64,000 nucleotides of DNA from an uncultured Christensenella sp. (GTDB lineage: Bacteria > Bacillota > Clostridia > Christensenellales > Pumilibacteraceae): assembly GCA_910585955.1 (NCBI GenBank), contig CAJUGC010000007.1, positions 6,320 to 70,319 of the forward strand. The letters are read 5' to 3'. This document shows positions 9,565 to 17,514 of the stretch, in pieces. Positions within the stretch are counted from its first letter, which is position 1. Each line of letters begins with the position of its first letter. The translations under genes were made by a program, and so were the position numbers. A model generated the notes under the pieces. It did not search any database, was not told the DNA's origin, and saw nothing but the letters and a program-made list of their open reading frames with translations.

Positions 9565-9638
9565 ACATTTTTAAGCCCTTGGGACAAGATTATTATCCCA
9601 CTCCATGAAAAAATTATTTATGCGCAGACAATCATTTG

Positions 9639-10910
9639 CTAATCTTCTATAACCCTTATTTCGCTCCCCACCGAAAGCACTCCGTCAACATCGCGAAGCT
9701 CCGCCACGGCGGCGCGAAATAAGCGCTCGCTCGTCATGTGCGTGAGAATAACGACTTCGGCGCAATGTCCGTCCGCGTTTTCCTGCAACATCTTGCTGAT
9801 GCTTATACCGTGAGAGCCGAGCACGCCCGAGATTACGGACAACATTCCGGGGCGATCGAGTACGGAAACGGAAAAATAATATTCGGACGGAAAGTCGTCG
9901 CTAACATTGGCAAGCTTTGAACCGAAATCGTTTTTCTGCGGTCTGTCTTTACCCGCGCAATATACTATATCGCTGACGATCGCGCTTGCCGTCGGGTGAG
10001 CGCCCGCTCCTCTTCCGTACAGCATTATTTCGTCCACAAAGTCACCCTTCAAAAGCACCGCGTTGAACGAACCGCGAACAGAAGCAAGCGGGTGGCTTGC
10101 GGGAACGAATGCCGGATGAACGCGAGCTTGTACACTCCCGTCTGAATTCTGTCGCCCTATAGCGAGCAGTTTCAGCTCGTAACCCATGCTCTTTCCCACA
10201 GCGATATCCCGAGAAGTTATTTTGGAAATGCCCTCGCGGTAAATCTTGTCGAGGGGAATCCTCGTATGAAAAGCGAGCGACGCGAGAATGGACAGCTTAT
10301 ACGCCGCGTCGAAGCCCTCTACGTCGGCGGTCGGATCGAACTCCGCATAGCCGAGCTTCTGTGCCTCGCCGAGCGCGTAGGCATAATCGTCGCCCTCCTC
10401 GCTCATTTTAGTCAATATATAATTTGTAGTACCGTTTATTATACCCGTAAGTTCGGTCACTCTGTTTGCCTGCATACTTTCGGTAAGCGTGCGGATAATT
10501 GGCACTCCCCCAACGCAACTCGCTTCTATGTATAATCCCGAACCGCCTTTGTCCGCCGACGAAAGCAACTCGTCGAGACGTTTTGACAAAAGCTCCTTAT
10601 TTGCCGTAACTACGCTCTTTCCGCTTTCGAGAGCTTTTATTATGAAGCTGCCCGCAGGTTCGAGTCCGCCCATCGTCTCAACGACAACGGATATATCCGG
10701 ATCTGAAACGATCTCGTCGATGTTTGCCGCAAACAGCTTTTCGGAAGCCCCTTTATCCGCAAGTCTTTTCGGCGACTTATCGAGAATTTTAACGACTTCG
10801 ACGTCCACGCCGTAACCCGATTTGATCACTTCGCGATTGCGCGTCAGCACATCGTATGTGCCGCCGCCCACAGTTCCAAGCCCCATAATCGCCACTTTCA
10901 ATTTTTTCAT
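9639..10910 (-). CDS. hom: Homoserine dehydrogenase (with C-terminal ACT domain)
   Basis: 423 aa with the MKKLKVAIMGLGTVGGG Rossmann start, NGTTNYILTKM and LGYAEFDPTADVEG motifs. The C-terminal ACT-like segment is YYFSVSVLDRPGMLSVISGVLG. Confidence 0.93.
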   Translation of the reverse strand: MKKLKVAIMGLGTVGGGTYDVLTRNREVIKSGYGVDVEVVKILDKSPKRLADKGASEKLFAANIDEIVSDPDISVVVETMGGLEPAGSFIIKALESGKSVVTANKELLSKRLDELLSSADKGGSGLYIEASCVGGVPIIRTLTESMQANRVTELTGIINGTTNYILTKMSEEGDDYAYALGEAQKLGYAEFDPTADVEGFDAAYKLSILASLAFHTRIPLDKIYREGISKITSRDIAVGKSMGYELKLLAIGRQNSDGSVQARVHPAFVPASHPLASVRGSFNAVLLKGDFVDEIMLYGRGAGAHPTASAIVSDIVYCAGKDRPQKNDFGSKLANVSDDFPSEYYFSVSVLDRPGMLSVISGVLGSHGISISKMLQENADGHCAEVVILTHMTSERLFRAAVAELRDVDGVLSVGSEIRVIED

Positions 10911-10924
10911 GCTTTCCGAACCTC

Positions 10925-11698
10925 CTACCCTTCCGTATTCATCTTGTATATTATGTTAAGTCCCCGAAGCGTAAGCGTTCTGTCTACGACGTCTATCACT
11001 TTGCTTTCCGCAGCTACGATCTCCGACAGTCCGCCCGTTGCGACCACCTTAATTTTGTCGCAATTCATTTCCGACTTTATTTTTCCTATAAGATACTCGA
11101 CCATGCCGATATATCCGAATATAAGTCCCGACTGCATATTGGTGATAGTCGTTCTGCCTATAGCTCCGTCGGGTCGGGTAAGCTCGACTTTGGGAAGTTT
11201 GGAGGCGCTTCGAGTAAGAGCGTCCGACCCCGTTTTCAACCCGAAACCTATAGCTCCGCCCAAAAACTCTCCTTTGCCGCTTATGGCATTGAAAGTAGTC
11301 GCCGTGCCGCAATCCATGACTATGCACGGACCTCCGTAAGTATAGTAAGCCGCAACGGAACCGACTATTCTGTCCGCGCCCACTTCGCGCGGATTGTCGT
11401 ACTTAATATTCAGCCCCGTTTTGAGTCCCGCGCCGACCACAAGAGGCTTTTTACCGAAATAATAACGGATAAGATGTTCGAACGTATAGTTCATATTCGG
11501 ATTGACGCTGCTCATAATCACGCCGCCGATCTTATCGATATCGACGTTACGCTCTTTCAAAAGTCCCATGATAGTCATGCCGAACTCATCGCTCGTCTTA
11601 TTTACGGACGAAGAAAGACGCAAACTGCTCAGCAGCTTATCTCCGTCGAACACGCCGCATTTTACGTTCGTGTTACCTATATCGATCGCAAGTATCAT
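10925..11698 (-). CDS. coaX: Type III pantothenate kinase
   Basis: 257 aa. MILAIDIGNTNVKCGVF, VGADRIV, DCGTATTF and VVATGGL are the CoaX/ASKHA signature segments. Confidence 0.93.
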   Translation of the reverse strand: MILAIDIGNTNVKCGVFDGDKLLSSLRLSSSVNKTSDEFGMTIMGLLKERNVDIDKIGGVIMSSVNPNMNYTFEHLIRYYFGKKPLVVGAGLKTGLNIKYDNPREVGADRIVGSVAAYYTYGGPCIVMDCGTATTFNAISGKGEFLGGAIGFGLKTGSDALTRSASKLPKVELTRPDGAIGRTTITNMQSGLIFGYIGMVEYLIGKIKSEMNCDKIKVVATGGLSEIVAAESKVIDVVDRTLTLRGLNIIYKMNTEG

Positions 11699-11701
11699 TA
11701 T

Positions 11702-12250
11702 CTATCCTCCGTTGCGAGCGCGCACCTTATCCACGGCAAGAGCTATCGTCGGCACGCACAACACGTTTATCGCAAGTTCTATCGCTCCGCTTATGAGCAT
11801 AACCGGCACATAAACTATGACAGTCACATCCTCGAGTCCGACATTCGGCGCAAACAACACAAGAAGCGAAACAACTATCGCCGTATTAACTATCGAGCCG
11901 ACTGCCGCCCCGATACTACGCGGAAACACGCTTTTGAACTTGCCTTCTTTCTTGATCGCTCTGTCCGCCAGCATATATGCCCCGCGCGCCGCCGGTCCTA
12001 CGAGTAATCGTCCGACTATCGGTATCCACGGATTAGCCACGAACGCCAAGGCCACTACCGAGCCGCCCATCAGTGCGTAAATAAGCGAGATAACTCCGAA
12101 ACAAGACGACAAGACAAGCGACGTCTTAAAATCGGTCGTTACCGCAGCAAGCAGTACGGGTATCAAAAATGCGTATGGAATCGCGCCGAACAATATCGTC
12201 AAAGCGACGAGCACGGCGCAGAGAGCTACGCTCTTTGCCTTTCTTTGCAT
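11702..12250 (-). CDS. Small polytopic membrane protein, probable ECF-transporter S component (possibly pantothenate-specific, judging by its position next to coaX)
   Basis: 182 aa with about 5-6 hydrophobic helices. Its stop lies 3 nt from the coaX start. The substrate assignment is based on context only. Confidence 0.5.
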   Translation of the reverse strand: MQRKAKSVALCAVLVALTILFGAIPYAFLIPVLLAAVTTDFKTSLVLSSCFGVISLIYALMGGSVVALAFVANPWIPIVGRLLVGPAARGAYMLADRAIKKEGKFKSVFPRSIGAAVGSIVNTAIVVSLLVLFAPNVGLEDVTVIVYVPVMLISGAIELAINVLCVPTIALAVDKVRARNGG

Positions 12251-12379
12251 TGTTTGCCTCCTAATGGACTCCTCTGCGGGTAGCCCTTAGTATGTGTAAT
12301 TTATGCTTTGGATACGACGCGGCACGTCCGCTGTCGTTCCGACATTGACTTATTTATGCTATATAGATATGTAATGCGC

Positions 12380-13279
12380 TTACGTCTGCGTAAAATACGT
12401 CAGCCTTTTAACACTCACGCCGCCCGATGTAAAAGTCATGCGTGCGGCAAATTCGAATTTACCGAGCTCACCGCCGTGACCGTTTCCCGGAACGTTAAAA
12501 ACGAGATATACCTCGTCGAGCATTCTCGAAGAAGCCTTGATTTCCAGCCTTCCGCTGCAAACCGTACTGTCCGACAGATCGAAGAACCTCCAATCGCCGT
12601 TCGTCTCTTTTAGATTCAAAAGAGGCAAAAATTTATTAAGCCATTCGGCATATGCCCCTATGGAGTCGCTTTTCACCTCCGCGCCGACTATGATCGTTCC
12701 GCCGCTTTTGCCGCCGCGAAAATTCTCGAGTTTTGCGGGATCGAACAATCTGCTTCCGTCGCGCGTAAGTTTATCCGCTATACGGGCAATGCCGCTCGTT
12801 ATAGTATCTTTGTAGTTGCCGTTTCCGTATTCGTTCGGCTTTGACCAAAGCCCGTCGATAGCCGATTTCATGCTTTCGAGGTAACGGCTTCCGCCGGACT
12901 CGACAGCTTCCTGAAATCCGTACTCGTATTCGTCGTAATACGGCTCGAAAATGCCGTCGCGTTCGGTCAAAGCGTTCACGCTCTTTGCGTAAGAATACGT
13001 CTTGATCGGCTCACGATAGTCGTGAGTATAAACGGAACTCATTTCTATCGCCTTGTCGAGATTACCGCCGCTCATGGTTGCGACAACCGAGGCGGAAAAA
13101 GTCGGGTGCTCATCGAAATCGAAAGTCACGCCCTCTTCAAAAAGCGAATACACTCTTTTGTATTCGGCTTCGGCGTCTGTGCCGTTCAAATCGGAATTAT
13201 CGCAATCGCACGCAAATATCGGCAAGACGCAAATAAGCGCCGCCAAAACCATAGGTAACATTCGTCTGAAGCCTTTCAC
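12380..13279 (-). CDS. Hypothetical lipoprotein
   Basis: 299 aa. The N-terminus MKGFRRMLPMVLAALICVLPIFAC has a basic n-region, a hydrophobic core and a lipobox-like L-P-I-F-A-C. No recognisable catalytic motifs. Confidence 0.7.
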   Translation of the reverse strand: MKGFRRMLPMVLAALICVLPIFACDCDNSDLNGTDAEAEYKRVYSLFEEGVTFDFDEHPTFSASVVATMSGGNLDKAIEMSSVYTHDYREPIKTYSYAKSVNALTERDGIFEPYYDEYEYGFQEAVESGGSRYLESMKSAIDGLWSKPNEYGNGNYKDTITSGIARIADKLTRDGSRLFDPAKLENFRGGKSGGTIIVGAEVKSDSIGAYAEWLNKFLPLLNLKETNGDWRFFDLSDSTVCSGRLEIKASSRMLDEVYLVFNVPGNGHGGELGKFEFAARMTFTSGGVSVKRLTYFTQT

Positions 13280-13362
13280 CTGCGACCTCCGTCAAAAGAG
13301 TATAATTGAAAGTAGTATATCACGTTTACGCATTTTATGCAAGCAAATGCGAAAGAGTTGAG

Positions 13363-13401
13363 AAAAAAAGACGGCGCACGGAAGAATATCCGCGCGTCGC
13401 C
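13363..13401 (-). terminator. Rho-independent terminator of the Cys-rich mini-gene
   Basis: Minus-strand RNA GGCGACGCGCGG-auauucuu-CCGUGCGCCGUC forms 11 of 12 possible pairs and is followed by UUUUUUU. Confidence 0.7.
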
Positions 13402-13437
13402 GCTTGAGTTTATTGATCTATTGCCGCGATATGTCGC

Positions 13438-13635
13438 TTATTTGCAGCAAACGTCTTTGCCGCCGCAGCAGCAGTTCATAAGTAAGTAAAGCCATATAAG
13501 GTCGCAGCAATCGCATCCGCCACCGCGCTTGTCGTAGCAGCCGCAGCCGCAATCGTTGCCTTTGCCGCCGCAGCAGCAGAGTAAGATAAGGATAAGGAAA
13601 ATATCGTTTCCGCACCCGCATCCGTTGTTAAACAT
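13438..13635 (-). CDS. 65-aa Cys/Gly-rich mini-protein built from two internal repeats
   Basis: Sequence: MFNNGCGCGNDIFLILILLCCCGGKGNDCGCGCYDKRGGGCDCCDLIWLYLLMNCCCGGKDVCCK. It has 16 Cys in 65 aa. The unit [CxC / CxCC]-x2-3-[8-9 hydrophobic residues]-CCCGGK occurs twice. A GGAGG RBS lies 8 nt upstream of the ATG, and the gene has its own terminator. Confidence 0.75.
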   Translation of the reverse strand: MFNNGCGCGNDIFLILILLCCCGGKGNDCGCGCYDKRGGGCDCCDLIWLYLLMNCCCGGKDVCCK

Positions 13636-13972
13636 TTTGAGTTCCTCCGTTTATTATTTGATTATCCGATTTGCAGTTCATACTTTGGCGCCTGCTTAGC
13701 CATTGATCGCCCCGCCTGCCCGACAGCTTGTTTTGCGGCCTCTCCTCGCACGAAACGCGCGCAGTCTCTGTGCCGATTAAAGGGTTTGCAAAGCGAAACA
13801 ATTAGGCAGTTCGGATACGTTCGCAAGCGATTGCAAGCGCCGCCGCATGAGTCTGCTCTTAAGCCCGAAGAGCTTTGTCGATAAGTGTTTCTTTCGCGTT
13901 TCTTTTGCAAAACGGATATCCTACTACATAATATGAAACGTGACGGGCGGTGTGCCAAATATTTTTTCAAAC

Positions 13973-14012
13973 ATAAAAAAAATTCTCTCGCCAGTGATTG
14001 CGAGAGAATTTT
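13973..14012 (-). terminator. Rho-independent terminator of the aldo/keto reductase gene
   Basis: aattctctcgc / cagtgatt / gcgagagaatt is a perfect 11-bp stem. On the minus strand it is followed by U8 (plus-strand A-run 13975-13982). It starts 4 nt after the stop at 14016. Confidence 0.75.
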
Positions 14013-14015
14013 CGT

Positions 14016-14843
14016 CTACTTCGATTTTTCTTTAGGAGGTTTCCAGCAATAAATGCGTTTGTTTTTATCAAGCTCGTTTATCAATGCCATTTCCTCATCG
14101 GCAATCTCAAAATCAAAGATATCTATATTAGCCGCCAAATGCTCGGGATCGGTCGATTTGGGAAAAACAACATTACCCTCTTGAATATGCCAACGAAGAA
14201 TAATCTGCACGACGCTTTTACCGTACTTTGCCGCCAACTTCGCAAATATCGGCTCGGAAAGCAACGCCTTATCTCCGTGAGCTATAGGATACCAGCTTTC
14301 CAATACGATACCGTACGGTGCGAGACGTCTTTTAAGTTCCGTCTGCCTGAAATACGGATGACATTCGACCTGCATTACCGACGGCTTAACGTCTATTGCG
14401 TCGAGAAAATTTTCCAGCCTCGAATCCTCGAAATTGGAAAGCCCTATGCTTTTGACCTTTCCCGACAAAAGAGCTTTTTCGAGATCTCTCCATGCTCCCG
14501 AATAGTCGTATGCCTGCCTATGTAAAAGCAACAGATCTATGTATCCTATGTCGAGGCGTGAAAGCATTTTATCTATGGCTTTTGCGCTTTTGCCCTCGCC
14601 GTACTCGTTTATCCACAGCTTAGATGTGACCCATATGTCTTCTCGCTTTATCCCGCACTTTCCGACAGCCCTTCCCACGCCGCGCTCGTTGCCGTATATG
14701 TGAGCCGTATCGATATGCCTATACCCCATTTCAAGAGCCTTAAGGCAGGTCTTTTCCGTCTTTCTATCGCCACGAATCATAAACACTCCGAGTCCGAACT
14801 GCGGCAATTTGTTTCCGTCGTTTAAAGTAACGTATGGCTGCAT
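14016..14843 (-). CDS. Aldo/keto reductase (2,5-diketo-D-gluconate reductase-like)
   Basis: 275 aa. LNDGNKLPQFGLGVF, GYRHIDTAHIYGNE, LWINEY, IGLSNF and VVFPKSTDPEHL are classical AKR signature blocks. Confidence 0.9.
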   Translation of the reverse strand: MQPYVTLNDGNKLPQFGLGVFMIRGDRKTEKTCLKALEMGYRHIDTAHIYGNERGVGRAVGKCGIKREDIWVTSKLWINEYGEGKSAKAIDKMLSRLDIGYIDLLLLHRQAYDYSGAWRDLEKALLSGKVKSIGLSNFEDSRLENFLDAIDVKPSVMQVECHPYFRQTELKRRLAPYGIVLESWYPIAHGDKALLSEPIFAKLAAKYGKSVVQIILRWHIQEGNVVFPKSTDPEHLAANIDIFDFEIADEEMALINELDKNKRIYCWKPPKEKSK

Positions 14844-14936
14844 AGCTCACTCCTTCCGATTGTTTGTTTAACAGATAAATTATACACCTTTAATAAATCA
14901 TAAGTCAAGGAAAGAAAGCAAACCGAGATCAACCGC

Positions 14937-14965
14937 TTGACAAAATCCCAGAAAAATCATATCAT
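14937..14965 (+). promoter_or_regulatory. Sigma-70-type promoter for glyQS
   Basis: TTGACA (14937-14942), a 17-nt spacer, then TATCAT (14960-14965), about 30 nt before the ATG. This leaves no room for a T-box leader. Confidence 0.5.
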
Positions 14966-14995
14966 AAAAGAAACTAATTTCAGTGAGGTTACATA

Positions 14996-16366
14996 ATGAA
15001 TAAGCTGACAATGGATAAACTCGTCGCGCTCTGCAAAGGCCGCGGCATAATATTCGCCGGTAGCGAAATCTACGGCGGCATGGGCAACACATGGGATTAC
15101 GGTCCCGTCGGCGTGGAAATCAAAAACAACATAAAGCGGGCATGGTGGAAACGCTTTGTTCAGGAAAGCGAAAACTCTTTCGGCGTAGACGCGGCAATCC
15201 TCATGAACTCGCGCGTTTGGGACGCAAGCGGACACACCGCGTCGTTCTCCGATCCCAAAATGGATTGCAAAAAGTGCAAGTCGCGTATGCGCGCAGACAC
15301 GCTCATTTCAGCGCACGCAAAGGGCGCAGTCAATCCCGACACGATGAGCAACGAAGAAATGCAAGAATATATTGCAAAACATAAGCTCGTTTGCCCCAAG
15401 TGCGGCAACTGCGATTGGACGCCTATTCGTCAATTCAACCTAATGTTCGAAACCAGCCGCGGAGTGACCGACGAAAACCAAAACAAAATATATCTCCGCC
15501 CCGAAACGGCTCAGGGCGAATTCGTAAACTTTCTTTCCATTCAACGCTCTATGCGAGCAAAAGTGCCGTTCGGCATAGCGCAAGTCGGCAAAGCGTTCCG
15601 CAACGAAGTCACGCCCGGAAATTTCATATTCAGGACCATAGAATTCGAACAGATGGAACACCAACAATTCTGTAAAGAGGACGACAGTTCGGCCTTCTAC
15701 TCGCAATACAAAGAAAAGGCAATGAACTTTTTGCTCGATATAGGTTTTGCTCCCGAACACCTGCGTTTTAAAGATCACGACAAGCTCGCGCATTACGCAA
15801 AAGCCGCCTGCGATATACAGTACCTATACCCCATGGGTTGGGAAGAACTCAACGGAATACACAACCGCGGCGCATACGATCTTTCGAGACACCAGGAGTA
15901 TTCGGGTAAAAGTATGTTATACACGGATCCTTTTAACGGTGAAAAATATGTGCCCAATGTCGTCGAATATTCTATCGGCGCGGACAGACTTATGCTTGCA
16001 GTACTTTGCGAAGCATACTGCGAAGAAGAACTCGAAGGCGGCGACGTGCGTTCGATCCTTAAGCTCCATCCCGCGCTTGCCGCATACAAAGTCGCCGTTC
16101 TTCCGCTACAGAAAAATCTTTCTGATGCAGCGAAGCCGCTCTACGAACGTCTTAAAAAACGCTTCATGACGGCATACGACGACGCCGGCTCTATCGGAAA
16201 ACGCTATCGCCGCCAGGACGAAATAGGCACTCCTTTCTGTGTGACAATAGACTTCGATACGCTTGAAAACGAAACCGTTACGATACGAGAGCGCGATAAT
16301 ATGCAACAAAAAAGAGTAAGCATTGACGAAGCTGAAAAAATCATCGAAGAATCGCTTAGAGTATAA
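14996..16366 (+). CDS. glyQS: Glycine--tRNA ligase (homodimeric class II type)
   Basis: 456 aa. The start LCKGRGIIFAGSEIYGGMGNTWDYGPVGVEIKNNIKRAWW, together with YLRPETAQG and FRNEVTPGNFIFRTIEFEQME, is canonical GlyQS. Confidence 0.96.
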   Translation: MNKLTMDKLVALCKGRGIIFAGSEIYGGMGNTWDYGPVGVEIKNNIKRAWWKRFVQESENSFGVDAAILMNSRVWDASGHTASFSDPKMDCKKCKSRMRADTLISAHAKGAVNPDTMSNEEMQEYIAKHKLVCPKCGNCDWTPIRQFNLMFETSRGVTDENQNKIYLRPETAQGEFVNFLSIQRSMRAKVPFGIAQVGKAFRNEVTPGNFIFRTIEFEQMEHQQFCKEDDSSAFYSQYKEKAMNFLLDIGFAPEHLRFKDHDKLAHYAKAACDIQYLYPMGWEELNGIHNRGAYDLSRHQEYSGKSMLYTDPFNGEKYVPNVVEYSIGADRLMLAVLCEAYCEEELEGGDVRSILKLHPALAAYKVAVLPLQKNLSDAAKPLYERLKKRFMTAYDDAGSIGKRYRRQDEIGTPFCVTIDFDTLENETVTIRERDNMQQKRVSIDEAEKIIEESLRV

Positions 16367-16408
16367 CCGACAAACCGCAGTAGTAAAACTTGCGGCTTAA
16401 AAATGAAT

Positions 16409-16448
16409 ACACCCCGAAAGATCATATGGCTTTCGGGGTGTGTTTTTA
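16409..16448. terminator. Rho-independent terminator (glyQS; possibly shared with the convergent minus-strand gene)
   Basis: acaccccgaaag / atcatatgg / ctttcggggtgt is a perfect 12-bp stem followed by gttttt on the plus strand. Confidence 0.75.
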
Positions 16449-16471
16449 TTGCGACGAATTATTTACTCCTC

Positions 16472-17497
16472 TTACACAAGAGGTTTTTCGCATTTTGCCG
16501 CATCCGTTGCAACCGGCATTTCCGATTGCAAAGAATCGACGTTTTGAGCTTCGGTTACTTTTTGCAATGCCGGCTCGAAATCCGCTTCTTCTTTTACCGA
16601 AGGTCTATCCTTATCAGAATTTGCGCCTTCCGATTTTTCGGGCTCGTTTTTCCTCCGTCCCGGCATACTCGTGGCGTCACGCACAACGCGTTTGATCAGA
16701 CCTTTCTTTATAAGCGCGAGCGTGCCGCTGTACGGCAAATAATAGTCCACGTCCTCTCTATCCGACCGATTCAGCCAGAAACGTCTAAGCATTACCGTAA
16801 GAATGGCGAGCACGCGCTGAAGCGTCTTGTCGTTTTTTACTCTCGCAAGAATCGGAGTTTCTTTCATGGACGCCATACCGGAAGCGTCCTCGAGACGCAC
16901 TTTCACGTTCTCGACGTCGAGCGCTTCCTGCGCCATATAGACGCAAAGCGCCTTTCCGCGTATCATCAGTTTGACAAGCGTACGTCGTCTCATGCGGAAG
17001 CTTTCCCACTTCCAGGATGTGTTCGCCTTCATATCCGCATGAGAAAGAATAAGATTTTTTATATCGGAATACCACTCCTTCAAATCATCCTTAGACTGAA
17101 TATAGCGCGCTCTGAAACTACGGTTATAGTGCATGACGTTGTCGTCATCGTCGTCGTCTTCCTTAGCGCGAATGAGAAGTCGCGGCTGTTTTACGGATAC
17201 AGAAGCCTGCGTTTCGTTTAAGCGCACTCGCAGATCCTCGCTCGCTTGCTCTGTCTCGGAAAGCCGTACACGCAAAGTGTTGCTGACTTTTTGCGTTTCG
17301 CTGAGTCGTACACGAAGATTTTCGCTGTGCTCGCGAAGAGTATTCACCTCTTCCGTAAGTTCGCTGTGCCTTTTTTTGCTCATCAAATACAGCATTACGA
17401 AATCGCCCACAACAAGCCCCAATAAAACTACGGCTATGACGACTGTTATTCCTATCTGCGCTTTTGTGAACGATAAAATGTCAACAATGTAATTCAT
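16472..17497 (-). CDS. Single-pass membrane protein with a coiled-coil tandem repeat and a conserved-looking C-terminal domain, function unknown
   Basis: 341 aa. The N-terminal TM is ITVVIAVVLLGLVVGDFVMLYLM. It is followed by the repeats LRVRLSETQKVSNT / LRVRLSETEQASED / LRVRLNETQASV, a DDDDDD stretch and a basic C-terminal domain. The start lies 17 nt downstream of the giant gene stop, with a GGGGAGGG RBS in the gap. Confidence 0.75.
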   Translation of the reverse strand: MNYIVDILSFTKAQIGITVVIAVVLLGLVVGDFVMLYLMSKKRHSELTEEVNTLREHSENLRVRLSETQKVSNTLRVRLSETEQASEDLRVRLNETQASVSVKQPRLLIRAKEDDDDDDNVMHYNRSFRARYIQSKDDLKEWYSDIKNLILSHADMKANTSWKWESFRMRRRTLVKLMIRGKALCVYMAQEALDVENVKVRLEDASGMASMKETPILARVKNDKTLQRVLAILTVMLRRFWLNRSDREDVDYYLPYSGTLALIKKGLIKRVVRDATSMPGRRKNEPEKSEGANSDKDRPSVKEEADFEPALQKVTEAQNVDSLQSEMPVATDAAKCEKPLV

Positions 17498-17514
17498 GTA
17501 TTTTCCCTCCCCGA

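Noticed and set aside
13418-13621. Alternative-frame 67-aa ORF (Arg/Leu-rich) overlapping the Cys-rich mini-gene.
   Set aside because: It has no RBS. The 13438-13635 frame has GGAGG at 8 nt and a clear internal two-repeat design. The Arg/Leu-rich frame is a by-product of the GC(A/C)GC-rich codons.
13935-13960. TGGCAC motif (minus strand, 13957-13952) that could be the -24 element of a sigma-54 promoter for the mini-gene.
   Set aside because: The required -12 TTGC element at the correct spacing is absent (the sequence is TGGCACaccgcccgtc).
13662-13970. 102-aa minus-strand ORF in the leader of the Cys-rich mini-gene.
   Set aside because: It has no RBS and an Arg/Cys/Ser-rich, unprotein-like composition. 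I treat the region as a non-coding leader.
14844-14995. Possible T-box leader upstream of glyQS.
   Set aside because: The gap is only about 150 nt, and a good promoter ends about 30 nt before the ATG. I saw no specifier-loop or T-box (AGGGUGGNACCGCG-like) sequence and no terminator/antiterminator pair.
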